Program-made: the position numbers and the translations under genes
The notes under the pieces: generated by a model
The model's database searches: none
What the model was told of the DNA's origin: nothing
What the model saw: the letters and a program-made list of their open reading frames with translations, nothing else
Sequence record: PZ379176.1
Source: a phage
Reading direction: 5' to 3' (one strand)
Length of the DNA: 64,000 nucleotides
Shown here: one piece after another, positions 39,807-50,731 of the stretch
Numbering within the stretch: the stretch's first letter is position 1
Layout of the letters: each line of letters opens with the position of its first letter

Positions 39807-41462
39807 TTATTGAGTGAACCAGCTCGTATCTTCAACAGCTGATAGAGCACCATTAAGCTTAGGATTGGTTGCTGCACCACCAACCGCTTCTTCTGCTTGT
39901 TCAGAGAAAACACCTAGAGGGTCATAGAAACCACCAGAAGGGATTGCACGGTTGACCAATGCAGTAGCTCTCTTCTTATCCATACCAGAACCAATGTAAG
40001 CTTCAATCGTAGCTCTCTTAGCATCAGCAACACCTTTCATTGCAGAGGTATGACCAACGTTAGCTTGCTTACGAGCATAAGCAAGAGCAGAATCAGTAGG
40101 ACGCCATCCAGACTTCAGTGCAAACTTGTTGCCAACACGAACGAAGATTGACGGGTCTTCTGCAAAGTGCCCCAAGTCTTCTTCGGTAAGAGAACGAGTA
40201 GCACCGATTTCAGCCCTTGCGGAGTTCATGATAGCTTGCATGTAAGCAGAACGAGCTGTCTGATAGTCTTTATCCTTAACAGCCTTATCAGCCAAATCCA
40301 AGTCTTTATTAGACTGGTTAAACAGGCCACCTTTCTCTGCCCACTGCTTAGCAACCGTACCTTCAGCTGTATTCTGAGCAAGACGAACTTCTTTCGGGTT
40401 AAAGTTAAAACTCTGAGCAGCTTGTTCAGCACGTTCAGCCTTGACTTGATCACGATACCCAATCAACTCTTTCTGACGTTCAAAGTTCATATTAGCCCTT
40501 TCTTCAGCAGCACGACGAGTTTCCTCAGCACGCTCACGCATAGTCTGCTCTTGAATCTGTTGACGTCTATCCCATTCAGCATTTTGTCGTTCTTCACGAG
40601 CAGCATACAGCGCTTCTTTCTGAGCAGGGTCTACAGCTCTCATCTTCAGTAGAGACGGGTCTCCGTTAGCAATAGCAGCTGCAATCGAGTCTTGAGAGAA
40701 GCCTTGTTCAATCAGAGCATCACGGTTAGCTTCCAGTTGCTTCTTAGTCTCATCTTGATTAGCCATTCCCTGACCAATCTGGAAAGCTTCAATAGGAGAC
40801 TTACCTGACATAATGGAAAGACCTACACCCATCAAACCTGTGTAGAAACTGGAGTTTTGGTAGAATGGTTCTTTCTGTAGTTTGTTCCAAGCTTCCGAAG
40901 GGTCTTTAGCTTTCGCAACTTGCAAGATATCGTTGTTAACACGTTCCTGATCTTTAGCACGAGTAGCAGCAGCCATTCCATCACCAGTGTCTTGTCCTTG
41001 AGCAAGAGTATTAATCACACCCTGTGCCTGTTCCACCTGAGAAGGAGTAAACTCCATAGGACCAGCTTCTAGTGGTTTAGGAGGAGGTGTTACCGGAAGA
41101 GGGCCACTAGGCATAAGCCCAGCATCCTGTAAACCTTGATCAGTGGATAGGTTAGGATTAGCTGATACAGGGGCCGGTGCTCCAATATCAATACCCTGAA
41201 GACTGGTAGGAGTTCCTTGATTCTGCTGTTCCATAAGACGTTGCTGGAATCCCGGATTAACCATAGCATTCTGATCTTCCTCTGCCTGAGAGACAAGACC
41301 CGCAAGAGATGAAGGTACAGCAGGACGTTGATACATAGAAATATCTGCTGTCTGAGTAGGTCTAGCCATATAAGGAGAGGCCGAAGCCGCTCCCGGATTA
41401 ACACCATAGAAAGTATTTCTCGGGTCACGACTTCTGACCTGAGCGTAAGTTGTCTGTTGCAT
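39807..41462 (-). CDS. virion protein (551 aa), probable internal/ejection protein
   Basis: ORF track; position in structural block. Confidence 0.5.
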   Translation of the reverse strand: MQQTTYAQVRSRDPRNTFYGVNPGAASASPYMARPTQTADISMYQRPAVPSSLAGLVSQAEEDQNAMVNPGFQQRLMEQQNQGTPTSLQGIDIGAPAPVSANPNLSTDQGLQDAGLMPSGPLPVTPPPKPLEAGPMEFTPSQVEQAQGVINTLAQGQDTGDGMAAATRAKDQERVNNDILQVAKAKDPSEAWNKLQKEPFYQNSSFYTGLMGVGLSIMSGKSPIEAFQIGQGMANQDETKKQLEANRDALIEQGFSQDSIAAAIANGDPSLLKMRAVDPAQKEALYAAREERQNAEWDRRQQIQEQTMRERAEETRRAAEERANMNFERQKELIGYRDQVKAERAEQAAQSFNFNPKEVRLAQNTAEGTVAKQWAEKGGLFNQSNKDLDLADKAVKDKDYQTARSAYMQAIMNSARAEIGATRSLTEEDLGHFAEDPSIFVRVGNKFALKSGWRPTDSALAYARKQANVGHTSAMKGVADAKRATIEAYIGSGMDKKRATALVNRAIPSGGFYDPLGVFSEQAEEAVGGAATNPKLNGALSAVEDTSWFTQ

Positions 41463-41475
41463 ATTTATCTCCTAA

Positions 41476-42444
41476 TTAAGTACTAGCCAACCCACCGATT
41501 ACACCCCCAGCTAATGCACCCCAAGGTCCAAAGGAAGAGCCACCTGCTGCACCACTCATAGCTCCACCAAGGAAACCACCTTTGCCACCAGATGTTTTAG
41601 TAGTTGTAGTTTGTCCGAGAGCACCGTTAAGTACACCTGCTGCACCGAGTTGGTTATTGATATCTTGCCATCCCCAATTAGCTGCGTTCTGAGCATTCTG
41701 GTAGGCATTATCATATTCATTCTGTTGTTGCTGTTGTTGCTGCAACCCTGCATTCCATTGATTCATTATTTGCTGTTGAGACAAATTAGCACCCTGCTGA
41801 CCTAGGTTAGAAAGGTTAGAACCAATATTAGAAAGACCAGAGAGAGCAGCTGCCTGATTCTGTCTATTACCAGAGAGGATGCTTTCAGCTTGGCTGATAG
41901 CCGAGTTATATGCACTATTGGTAATATCTGTTGCTTGCCCTTGCATCTGATTCAGAGCATCACCTTGGGCAAAAGATTTAGCCATACGAGCACCTGAACC
42001 CTGCTGACCAGCATACTGTTGAGCTAACTGAGGAAGAGCATTACGTGCCAAGTTCTGTTGAACCTGTTCATTATTAGCTGTAATGGCTGCTTGCACAGCG
42101 TCATCATCATACAGTTGACCAGCGAGAGCACCAATCTGTTCTCCAGTAATCCCACCTTGTCCAGAGAGGCTCTGATAGCCTTTATAGGCATTATCCAGAT
42201 ACCCTAACCCTTGACCTGCTGCATCCATGTATTGCTGTGAGAGAGTGCCCAAAGCGCCAGATTGTGCTAGGTTATTAAGTGCCTCTGTCTGATTGTTATT
42301 AAACCCTACATTGTCACGATAGACATAATCCCCTGAACTAGTATTACCAATCTGTTGGTTAAGCTGGTCAATATACTGTTGAATGTATTCAGGGCGAATC
42401 ATTTGGGAAGTAGTTTTACTACCCCCGCCTCCGAAAAGTCCCAT
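41476..42444 (-). CDS. Gln/Asn/Gly-rich virion protein
   Basis: ORF track; low-complexity Q/N/G-rich composition. Confidence 0.5.
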   Translation of the reverse strand: MGLFGGGGSKTTSQMIRPEYIQQYIDQLNQQIGNTSSGDYVYRDNVGFNNNQTEALNNLAQSGALGTLSQQYMDAAGQGLGYLDNAYKGYQSLSGQGGITGEQIGALAGQLYDDDAVQAAITANNEQVQQNLARNALPQLAQQYAGQQGSGARMAKSFAQGDALNQMQGQATDITNSAYNSAISQAESILSGNRQNQAAALSGLSNIGSNLSNLGQQGANLSQQQIMNQWNAGLQQQQQQQNEYDNAYQNAQNAANWGWQDINNQLGAAGVLNGALGQTTTTKTSGGKGGFLGGAMSGAAGGSSFGPWGALAGGVIGGLAST

Positions 42445-42456
42445 ATCAAATCTCCT

Positions 42457-43509
42457 TTAGTTTGCTCCAAATGCCCCTAAGACACCACCTAAGATATTAC
42501 TACCTGCTGTGGATAACCAGTTAGACTGACCTCTCTGTTGAGAAAGATTAGAACCACCAATCATAGGACCAGCCATTCCAGATTGCCCACCTGAGTTGTT
42601 ATAGGAACTCCAAGCATTCTGAGTCTGTTGATTAGGAGAGAAAGCACCCATACGACCTGCAATACCTAATCCAGTGATACCAGCACCTAGGAGCTGTTGT
42701 CCAGTATTAACCCCCGGAGCAGCATTCTTAATCGTGTACCCAGCCATTGGGCTTACACTATTTAATACATTAAGTTGGTTGTTAAGCTGATTCCACCCAT
42801 ACTGTTGAGAGCCAATAGCGTTCTGCCAATTAATATCAGCTTGAGCTTGGGCTTGTTGCTGTTGTAGATTACCAGCCATGAGTTGATTCTGGATAGCTTG
42901 TTGAGTTGCCTGAACACCTTGAGCACCAAGATTGAGATTCTGTCCAGCCAATCCTGACTGAGCACCAAGTAAGCCCCTCTGGAAGTTTTGGTCTTGTTGA
43001 AGAGCACTGATTCCCATATTCTTGCCACTGATAGTACGAGCTAAGTTTGTATTAGCACTGTTCAGAGCAGCACCTTGAGCAGCAGCTCTACGGAGAGAGC
43101 CTGAATCAGAACCATTTCCGAGGGATACATTGGAAGCTGCCTTACTAGTCGCTTGAGCAAGAGCTGAGTTATTCAATCCTTTACTAAAGTTATTAACACC
43201 ATCAGCAGTTAGACCACCACCATTGACAATATTCTGATACTGCTGTGCAAGAGAATTTAATTGGTCCAACCCTTGCTGTGTACGAGGCGTGTACATATCA
43301 GCCAATTGCTTCTGAGTAGTAGAAGCTGCTAAGTTGTTCAGAGCACCCTGTTGGTTGCCATTAAACCCAGCCAGTTGTTGGGAGATGAATCCCGGATCGT
43401 TGTTCTGCATATTCTGAGCATTAGCAACAATCTGCTTCAGCAGGGCATCAACCTGAGAGGAAGGGGCCACTGTGGTTTTGCTAGAAGCTGATTTTCCAAA
43501 TAAAGACAT
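42457..43509 (-). CDS. Gln/Asn-rich virion protein (similar composition to neighbour)
   Basis: ORF track. Confidence 0.5.
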   Translation of the reverse strand: MSLFGKSASSKTTVAPSSQVDALLKQIVANAQNMQNNDPGFISQQLAGFNGNQQGALNNLAASTTQKQLADMYTPRTQQGLDQLNSLAQQYQNIVNGGGLTADGVNNFSKGLNNSALAQATSKAASNVSLGNGSDSGSLRRAAAQGAALNSANTNLARTISGKNMGISALQQDQNFQRGLLGAQSGLAGQNLNLGAQGVQATQQAIQNQLMAGNLQQQQAQAQADINWQNAIGSQQYGWNQLNNQLNVLNSVSPMAGYTIKNAAPGVNTGQQLLGAGITGLGIAGRMGAFSPNQQTQNAWSSYNNSGGQSGMAGPMIGGSNLSQQRGQSNWLSTAGSNILGGVLGAFGAN

Positions 43510-43528
43510 AAGTCCTCCTTAAAGATTA

Positions 43529-44311
43529 TTACTTTACACCAATGCTAGCCAAACGTCTGAGCACTGCTTGTGTTTGTGGACTGTACTGAGAACCTGCTGC
43601 ATGTGGTGCACTTGCCCTCTGAACTGTTTGAGAAGTCGGAGGTTTACCAGCAAGCATAGCAGCTACACCTAATACTGCATTACCAAAGTTCTGTTGAGGC
43701 TTCTGATCTTCCCCTTCCTGCACTTCATCAGAGTAAAACTCTACTGGATTTCCTCCTAAAGCACCTGTCTTAGAAGCAGTAATGTCTGCCTGAGTTGGAG
43801 CTTGTGCGGCTTTCTCTCTATCTAACAAGTCAGGACTAAACTGATTGACTGGTTGAACAGCTTGCAAAGCTCCAACAGGGTTAGCAATCTGAGAAGCTGC
43901 ATCACCATAGAAAGGAAGAAAGTGTTTATTGTTCATGGAGTCAAGAGCTTGTGGAGTAAATCCCTTTTTACCAGCGAACATTTGCTTAGCACCACCGATA
44001 CCTTCTGAGTAACCAACCATTGCTTTCTTAACATCACCATTAAAAGCCTTTAAGTTATCTCGAATATAACGAGCACCCATATCAATATTCTTTGCTGGGT
44101 CAAGTCTGTCTTCTAGTTTGTAGCCGTAGTCTTTAGCCAACCCTTTACTGATCTGCATTAAACCTACAGGACCAGTTCCAGAAGCCACTGTAGGACGACC
44201 ACTAGACTCCCTTTGGATTACAGCATGAATCAAAGCAGCAGGAATCCCATACTTCTTTGAAGCCTGTTGAACCATTGGGTCTAGTTCTTCAATACCCATC
44301 TTAATTGCCAT
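43529..44311 (-). CDS. lytic transglycosylase (SLT domain), probably virion-associated
   Basis: QRESSGRPTVASGTGPVGLMQI contains the SLT catalytic Glu-Ser and GLMQ motifs. Confidence 0.7.
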   Translation of the reverse strand: MAIKMGIEELDPMVQQASKKYGIPAALIHAVIQRESSGRPTVASGTGPVGLMQISKGLAKDYGYKLEDRLDPAKNIDMGARYIRDNLKAFNGDVKKAMVGYSEGIGGAKQMFAGKKGFTPQALDSMNNKHFLPFYGDAASQIANPVGALQAVQPVNQFSPDLLDREKAAQAPTQADITASKTGALGGNPVEFYSDEVQEGEDQKPQQNFGNAVLGVAAMLAGKPPTSQTVQRASAPHAAGSQYSPQTQAVLRRLASIGVK

Positions 44312-44323
44312 AATATCTCCTTG

Positions 44324-45355
44324 TTATAGTCCAGCAAAAACCTTAGCTGCATTTATTACAGGAACTGATAAATTAACTACAGTATCAGCTCCTAGGTCGT
44401 AATTTTGATCCCACTGAAACAGATATCTTCCATAGCCAGTTCCTATGCTAGAGCCACTCATTGTGTGAGATCTCATTTGCTGATATCTCCACCCACTACC
44501 TCGACCTTTTATTGCACCTATTCCAGAAGTAAGAGGTATCATAGGATATGCCATACCAGTGTTGCCCCCTCCCGAACCAATAAAATTGTCTACAGTGAAA
44601 GGTGTTCTATTAGTAGAGAAGACACATTGAGTTGTCCCAGGAGAATATATGTTTAACCCACCATTATGCTCAGGAACACCAGCTCCGTTACAGAACACAG
44701 CGACTCTAACAAAGACAGAACCACCTTCGTTAGTGTTACCATTGACATAAGGCCTATTCTGATAGACTCGAATAACCCTATCATCAGATGTGTAAGATAA
44801 ACCGATCCCTCCATCAGACCAATTAGCAAACACAACAGCATTGGTCATATTGAACCCACCAATATTTGGTATCTGAAGGGAGTTGTTTATGGTCCCCTGC
44901 CAAGCCCAAATACATTGACCAACAACCCCACTATCAGAGATTGAGAAATAATCTGCTGTATTTGAGAAAGTGATTCCATAGTTTCTGTCAGCTCTAGGCC
45001 ATATTTGGTATACGTTGAACCCACAGTCAAATAGTGGGTTACTACCGGGATTCTGGTTCAGAGTCACCCTAAAAGATGAGTTATTTTCTACATAGATGTT
45101 ATTTACACAATAAACATCAGGGACTAAGTTAGGAGGGACTTCCCATTGCCAGCATAGAGAACCAGTAGGAACAATAACTATCTGACCGCTACCATCCCAT
45201 CCACTAATAGGGAAAGATCTCCCTGCTCCGTTAAAGTTAAAACTCCCTCTTATACTATTTTTGAACTGAGGGAAAGTGCTTCCACTGTCTATAAAAAGAG
45301 GGGCTGGTGTAGCTGGTCCCGGCCCTACTGGTTGTGTCCAAATTCCATATGCCAT
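44324..45355 (-). CDS. virion structural protein (343 aa)
   Basis: ORF track; Gly/Asn/Ser-rich. Confidence 0.45.
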   Translation of the reverse strand: MAYGIWTQPVGPGPATPAPLFIDSGSTFPQFKNSIRGSFNFNGAGRSFPISGWDGSGQIVIVPTGSLCWQWEVPPNLVPDVYCVNNIYVENNSSFRVTLNQNPGSNPLFDCGFNVYQIWPRADRNYGITFSNTADYFSISDSGVVGQCIWAWQGTINNSLQIPNIGGFNMTNAVVFANWSDGGIGLSYTSDDRVIRVYQNRPYVNGNTNEGGSVFVRVAVFCNGAGVPEHNGGLNIYSPGTTQCVFSTNRTPFTVDNFIGSGGGNTGMAYPMIPLTSGIGAIKGRGSGWRYQQMRSHTMSGSSIGTGYGRYLFQWDQNYDLGADTVVNLSVPVINAAKVFAGL

Positions 45356-45356
45356 A

Positions 45357-46391
45357 TCACCAACTCCCTATCCTAATTCTCAGAGCACCACTTCCATCGT
45401 AGAAGTCTATCCTGTTTCCATTCATCCACAACTGTGCCCCACCTGTACCACCCATAACAAAATCACCACCAACAGTAAGTCTCCAGTTAGAACCCCACAT
45501 AGAACCAGCAGTAATCTTATCCGCTGATAAGTTCTGAATCTGAGCATTGGAGATAGATACGTTATCAATCTGTGCCCATTGGATTCTAGCGTTAGCAATC
45601 TGGGCTGTTGTGATGTTGACGTTCTTTATGTCAGCGAATTCCATCCTAGCTCTACCACCCTCAAACACAAAAGGTGTGTTACCAGAGTTGCCATCACCAA
45701 CAATAAACTTGTTAGCTGTTACTTGGAATTGACTGTTTGTTCCGTTGTTAGTTAACTTGACCCCAGCATATCTTCCGTTTACTGTAGAGTTAACTCCCCA
45801 TGTAGCTTCATACTCAGAAAGCTTCATATACTGAGAGAGGCTTCCGTTAATATTTTGAATCTCTGTCTGAACTAAAGCAATCTCTTGACCTTGGTCGTTG
45901 ACAATACCTTCTACCGTTTGAATCTTAGTTGTGTTACCCTCAATACTTGTTTTAAAGCCAGATACAGTGCTTTCTAATTTTACAGGAGGTTGAACAGAAT
46001 TATCCCAAATATCTTCAGTGGAGAGATTCCCCATCTGTGTTTGGATATCGGCAATAGCTGTCTCTATCTCTGTAGTAATTCTATTCTCAAGCTCATCAAA
46101 TTGTAAGTTCATCGCATGAAGAGCTTTGATACGAACATCAATCTCATCGTGAATCTCATCAATAGCTTGGAACATTTGGTTAGTAGCTGTGCTGACTTTC
46201 TGTAGCTCGTCATATACGGCTACGTTATATGTTTCTGTGTCCTGTACATTATTGAGAAACCCAACGTTGTACGGGAGTGTGGTGTTATTACGACCAGTGT
46301 TCTTACGAAAACCACCTGCACCCATAAGTTCCTCCAAAACAATAAAAGGGGCACGAAGCCCCTTGTTGTTATCTCCGTCCGCCAACAGCAA
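45357..46391 (-). CDS. tail fiber-like protein
   Basis: Gly-rich C-terminal region typical of fiber tips. Confidence 0.45.
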   Translation of the reverse strand: MLLADGDNNKGLRAPFIVLEELMGAGGFRKNTGRNNTTLPYNVGFLNNVQDTETYNVAVYDELQKVSTATNQMFQAIDEIHDEIDVRIKALHAMNLQFDELENRITTEIETAIADIQTQMGNLSTEDIWDNSVQPPVKLESTVSGFKTSIEGNTTKIQTVEGIVNDQGQEIALVQTEIQNINGSLSQYMKLSEYEATWGVNSTVNGRYAGVKLTNNGTNSQFQVTANKFIVGDGNSGNTPFVFEGGRARMEFADIKNVNITTAQIANARIQWAQIDNVSISNAQIQNLSADKITAGSMWGSNWRLTVGGDFVMGGTGGAQLWMNGNRIDFYDGSGALRIRIGSW

Positions 46392-49188
46392 ACTCTATCG
46401 TTAACCCATTGATAGCAGCATTACTGTTAACATCATTATCTATAACATTATAGAAAAGGTATGGATGGTTCAGTCTCACTGAGACATGCCTGTCAACACC
46501 AATCGTATAAGTCTTAGACGTGTGTGGGTGTCCATATTCATTTGAGAATTGACTACCTCCAGCTTCAAAGGTATAAGTACCTGAGCCAGTTGTCTGAGGA
46601 CGGAATCTGTTAATATGCTTCTGATTCCACTCATTCGTCACATTATCAAAATCTATACCAGTCCTCTCCAATCTCATCTCCAGAGGTTTCTCTATAACAG
46701 TATCATTTAGCCTGTCATAGAAATAATCAAGAGCCCCTACATCCACTTGATAGAATCCCCTCAAGAACGAGCCTACTATCGTAACCCTCTGCCTAAAGTT
46801 TGTTGCATCCTTTCTCCAAACAAGTTCTTTGATAGATGGGTCATCCCAAGTGATCTCTTGGAAGTCAGACCAGATTGGACCTCTCTCTAAAACAGGAGGG
46901 TCAACCAGACCGATACACTGAGCATAAGGGATAGTACGGAAAGACCAAGTATCAAACTCATAATTCCATACAGCAGCTTTAGTACAAGCGAAGCTTTCTT
47001 TCGGCTCTCCCGGACCTACATAGAGAACCCAAACTTCTTTCTTATCCTGATGCAAGTGTACTCGAGTTGCTAGAGGGTTAACCAGACACACCTCGTTAAT
47101 CAGCATGTTCTTGACACGGTTAGATGCAATTGACTTCTTGGTTGCACCATTGTGTAAGATTACATCGTTCTGAGTAACTACGAAGTGACTGCCTTCTACT
47201 TCAACCACACACTCAGGAGCAAGGATACCAGAGTCGTTAAAGAGCTTCTTGAACATTAGAGGTTGGTACGTGTTATTAGTCGGAGAACCAATATACGTTT
47301 CAAACTCTGTATAAACAAACAAGTAATCTTTAAGAGGTAGGATATCAATCAAGCTGCCGTTAGAGTCAGCTAAATCAATGTAACCAGCATATCCGTTCTC
47401 TAGAGCCTGAGTCTGCCCTACAATGTTAGAAGCCAAGTCCGAAGACACAACTCTATCATAGGCAAAGTCATCCCACAGTGTAGGAGCTTTGTTCTCGTTG
47501 GCAAAGTTAGACCAACGAAGACGAAGTGGATAGTTAGTGGTAACACCAGAAGCATTAGCCTCTCTCATATTCAGAGCAAAAAGACGGTTGTTAAAAGATC
47601 TCACTCTTTCACATTTCCAGTTAAACTTCTTGACTGAAGGGTTTCCATCATTATCAACAACTGTTTGCTCACCCCATCCCGGAAGGTCTACAAAGTATTC
47701 TGATTCGAATTCTTTTACCTGAGGAGTTTCATAGTGAGTTGTAGCAACTGCACAGTTAGAGATAACAGCGTGATACCAAGGGTAGTCATCAAAAGCATCG
47801 TAATCCTTCTGAGTCATTTGGCTGACAGTACATGTTACAGTAATCTCCCCTTTACGAAGAGCAACCAGTTTGATAGATTTACCAGTAACTGAAGTTGTAG
47901 AAACATAACCAGTCTTATCAACAGACCACTGATAAGAATAATCACCTTCTGGGGAAGCTGTAGCTGTAATAACTATTTCCTCACCAACATCAAGAGAAGC
48001 GCTGACAACATCTAAGGTTACGGATGACAAAGGAGTTGCGAACAAAGAAGCTCTTGCAAAACCCTCAATATCATTTACGTTAGAATAGTCGTAAAAGCTG
48101 TTACCTTCGTACATACCAGATGTGTCAATACCAGACATAGGCTCAGCAAAATAAACCGTCTCTTCACTTTCAGAAGGAGTTACTACTTCTTCCTCTTGTG
48201 ATTCAATTGGTTCTGATGCAGGTGCAGCAAATGCCATAGCACTTGTTCTCATCGCCCTTCCAGCTAAATCTACTCGTACAGTACAGACAGCAACCCTATT
48301 ACCTTCTTCAGTGGTAGCTGTAATCTCAGTAAACCCAGCGAGTAGAGCGTTGACCGTCCCTTGTGTACTGGTCCCTGATACTGTTGCAATATTTGGATTA
48401 GAAGAGGTCCAAGTAATGTTTTGATTAGGGGCGTTAGCGGGAGAAAGGGTAGCAGTTAAGATGTATTGAGAACCTCTACTAACTATCACATCTGACTGAC
48501 TTAAAGTGATACTGTCAATCTGAGGAATGGAAACAACCTCACAAGAAGCAGTCTTCGTTCCATTATCAGCAGTGATTGTTACATTGCCCTCACCATTAGC
48601 AGTAATAACAGCAGTTAGGGAATTAGCGTTAGGGGTTACGGATACAATAGAAGCATTATTGCTGGACCAAGTTACAGGGGTTTTACCAGTAACAGCTGTA
48701 AGAGTGGTAGTCCCTCCTTTACGGATAGTAACAGCATCTTGACTCAAGAAGATGCCTGAATCGCCATCTATAATGTTAACAGCAATCTGAGCCACTACAG
48801 AATCATCAGCAGTAGATATGGTTACTACAAGATTACCCTCTCTCTCAAAAGATGTTAGAGTAGCAAGTTTAGAATCACTAGGGTCTACTGTAACACTCCC
48901 ATAGGTTGAATTACTAACCTCCCAAACAAGATCGGTATTGTTAGCATCAGCAGGAAGAAGAGAAACTTCTAGATTCTTAGTCTGATTGAAGTTCATTGAG
49001 ATAGTTGATTCTTTAGGAACGATTTGAGAAACGACTGGATAAATCTTAATTGAGGCAGAAGCCTTTTTAGTGACTGTAGCAACCTTACGGCTAATATCAG
49101 TCAAGCTTTCATCTGTCAGTTTATATAACTTCTTATCTGTACCTACAATAAGAAAGCTATTACCTGCGCTATAATAATCGAAAGGCAT
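46369..49188 (-). CDS. large tail protein (939 aa) with Ig-like (Big_2-type) repeats
   Basis: Repeated T/S/V-rich beta-sandwich-like segments. Confidence 0.5.
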   Translation of the reverse strand: MPFDYYSAGNSFLIVGTDKKLYKLTDESLTDISRKVATVTKKASASIKIYPVVSQIVPKESTISMNFNQTKNLEVSLLPADANNTDLVWEVSNSTYGSVTVDPSDSKLATLTSFEREGNLVVTISTADDSVVAQIAVNIIDGDSGIFLSQDAVTIRKGGTTTLTAVTGKTPVTWSSNNASIVSVTPNANSLTAVITANGEGNVTITADNGTKTASCEVVSIPQIDSITLSQSDVIVSRGSQYILTATLSPANAPNQNITWTSSNPNIATVSGTSTQGTVNALLAGFTEITATTEEGNRVAVCTVRVDLAGRAMRTSAMAFAAPASEPIESQEEEVVTPSESEETVYFAEPMSGIDTSGMYEGNSFYDYSNVNDIEGFARASLFATPLSSVTLDVVSASLDVGEEIVITATASPEGDYSYQWSVDKTGYVSTTSVTGKSIKLVALRKGEITVTCTVSQMTQKDYDAFDDYPWYHAVISNCAVATTHYETPQVKEFESEYFVDLPGWGEQTVVDNDGNPSVKKFNWKCERVRSFNNRLFALNMREANASGVTTNYPLRLRWSNFANENKAPTLWDDFAYDRVVSSDLASNIVGQTQALENGYAGYIDLADSNGSLIDILPLKDYLFVYTEFETYIGSPTNNTYQPLMFKKLFNDSGILAPECVVEVEGSHFVVTQNDVILHNGATKKSIASNRVKNMLINEVCLVNPLATRVHLHQDKKEVWVLYVGPGEPKESFACTKAAVWNYEFDTWSFRTIPYAQCIGLVDPPVLERGPIWSDFQEITWDDPSIKELVWRKDATNFRQRVTIVGSFLRGFYQVDVGALDYFYDRLNDTVIEKPLEMRLERTGIDFDNVTNEWNQKHINRFRPQTTGSGTYTFEAGGSQFSNEYGHPHTSKTYTIGVDRHVSVRLNHPYLFYNVIDNDVNSNAAINGLTIEFAVGGRR

Positions 49189-49394
49189 AGAAACGAAAGA
49201 CAGAGGGGTTAAATCCTTATCTTCATCTACATAAGAAAGAGGGGCATTGCCCCCGTCTTAAATACTCTCTGCTCAACAAATCGAGCATTTATAGCATTAG
49301 TGAAAGCATTAGGAGCTAAGTCTGTCGGAGCCTGATCAGCGATAACGCCTACAGCACCTAACGACTTTATTGGATACAGCGCCATAATTCCTCC

Positions 49395-50198
49395 TTAGCT
49401 AATACGTCTCCAAATGTGAGCCGCTCTGAATGGTGGCAAAGTATTAATAGGTTGACGAGAGATATCATCACGACCAAGACTTACACTACCAGAGATTGTA
49501 TGAGTGTGAGTATCATTATCAGTTCTCTGACTATATCCACCACCCGGACTATACCAGTTTGGCGAGCTGTTATGACCACTAGCATCTCCACGACCAAATA
49601 CCATATTGTGACTGTGAGTATTACTGGATAGAGAGAAGCTGGAGCCATTAACTGTCATCAAAGGTACGTTCTCAGTTCGAATAGTATTGAAGACACGACC
49701 ACCAGTACCACCTGCTTGGAACTCAACTCTCTGAGCATTAGGAACAGAGCCATCGGGGTTTACTACACCAGTACCCATAATGACACCAGTCACTTTAGCC
49801 CAAGAACCAAATCCTAAGGAGATAGAATCACCGGGGTTAATGTCTTCTTCAGTGATATAGTAAGAACCAATTCGATAGAGCTTATTCTCCATCCAGTTCT
49901 TCATGAACGCTTCCATCTGACCTTTAGTAACAACATCCTTGTCACCAGTCCCCGGAGTGACGTTCTTAATCATTAGACCACCAACATCCATTGCATCGCC
50001 AGTAAACTTAAGCTTCTCTGACATAATCTTAAAGGTGTCAGAATCTATATCAACTGGCTCTGTAACATTGGGGAATGTGTTCTGTAGTGTTTGTTTAATG
50101 AGGCGGATTTGAGCCGCCCCTTCGTAGATGTAATCTCTATCTCTAGGATAGAGTGGGTTTAAATCGGTAATAACTACCGCATTAGTTTCGATAGCCAA
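49395..50198 (-). CDS. tail fiber / receptor-binding-like protein with His-x-His motifs
   Basis: THSHNM and THTHTISG His-rich segments; Gly-rich. Confidence 0.45.
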   Translation of the reverse strand: MAIETNAVVITDLNPLYPRDRDYIYEGAAQIRLIKQTLQNTFPNVTEPVDIDSDTFKIMSEKLKFTGDAMDVGGLMIKNVTPGTGDKDVVTKGQMEAFMKNWMENKLYRIGSYYITEEDINPGDSISLGFGSWAKVTGVIMGTGVVNPDGSVPNAQRVEFQAGGTGGRVFNTIRTENVPLMTVNGSSFSLSSNTHSHNMVFGRGDASGHNSSPNWYSPGGGYSQRTDNDTHTHTISGSVSLGRDDISRQPINTLPPFRAAHIWRRIS

Positions 50199-50210
50199 AC
50201 GGCACCTCCA

Positions 50211-50702
50211 TTAATATTTACCTTCGGTATAAAGATTAGCTTCTGCAACTCTTCTGTTATGAAGACCCTGACTTCTCTGCTTCTCTCCCTTGACCGTTAT
50301 TTTATCCCAACGAAGAAATTCGGAATAAACATCCCCCTTAACATCTCCATTGATTACTTTCCTTAACTTAGATGTGCTCAAAGCACCACTGCCAACGTTG
50401 AAGTTGAAAGAAGTGAGTGCATCAAACTCATGAACTAGCAAAGGAACCTTTATGTTCTTCTGAGTAGCACGAACAGAGTCTTGTGTGTCTCTATCTAGCA
50501 GAGCTAGACAATCCTCTATAGAATACGTTAATCCTTGTCTAACCGGATAACCATTCATATCACGCGTAGCCCCTACACATATAGTCCAGATACCTGCGGA
50601 ATCTTTATAAGCCTTGGTTCTCATACCCTCATGCTTCATGATGAATTCCATTCCAGCTGGGCTTAAGTTTAGTTGTACAGGTGGCAATGCGGCGTTATCC
50701 AT
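50211..50702 (-). CDS. endolysin (T4-lysozyme-like muramidase)
   Basis: N-terminal HEGMRTKAYKDSAGIWTICVG pattern (catalytic Glu, then D and T). Confidence 0.7.
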   Translation of the reverse strand: MDNAALPPVQLNLSPAGMEFIMKHEGMRTKAYKDSAGIWTICVGATRDMNGYPVRQGLTYSIEDCLALLDRDTQDSVRATQKNIKVPLLVHEFDALTSFNFNVGSGALSTSKLRKVINGDVKGDVYSEFLRWDKITVKGEKQRSQGLHNRRVAEANLYTEGKY

Positions 50703-50731
50703 TTCTAACCTCCTTTTGTGGTCCCTTTAAA

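Noticed and set aside
40167-40652. 161-aa + strand ORF (and similar + strand ORFs at 57580-58311, 60070-60627) inside - strand structural genes
   Set aside because: Antisense to long - strand genes in a uniformly - strand block; no RBS support.
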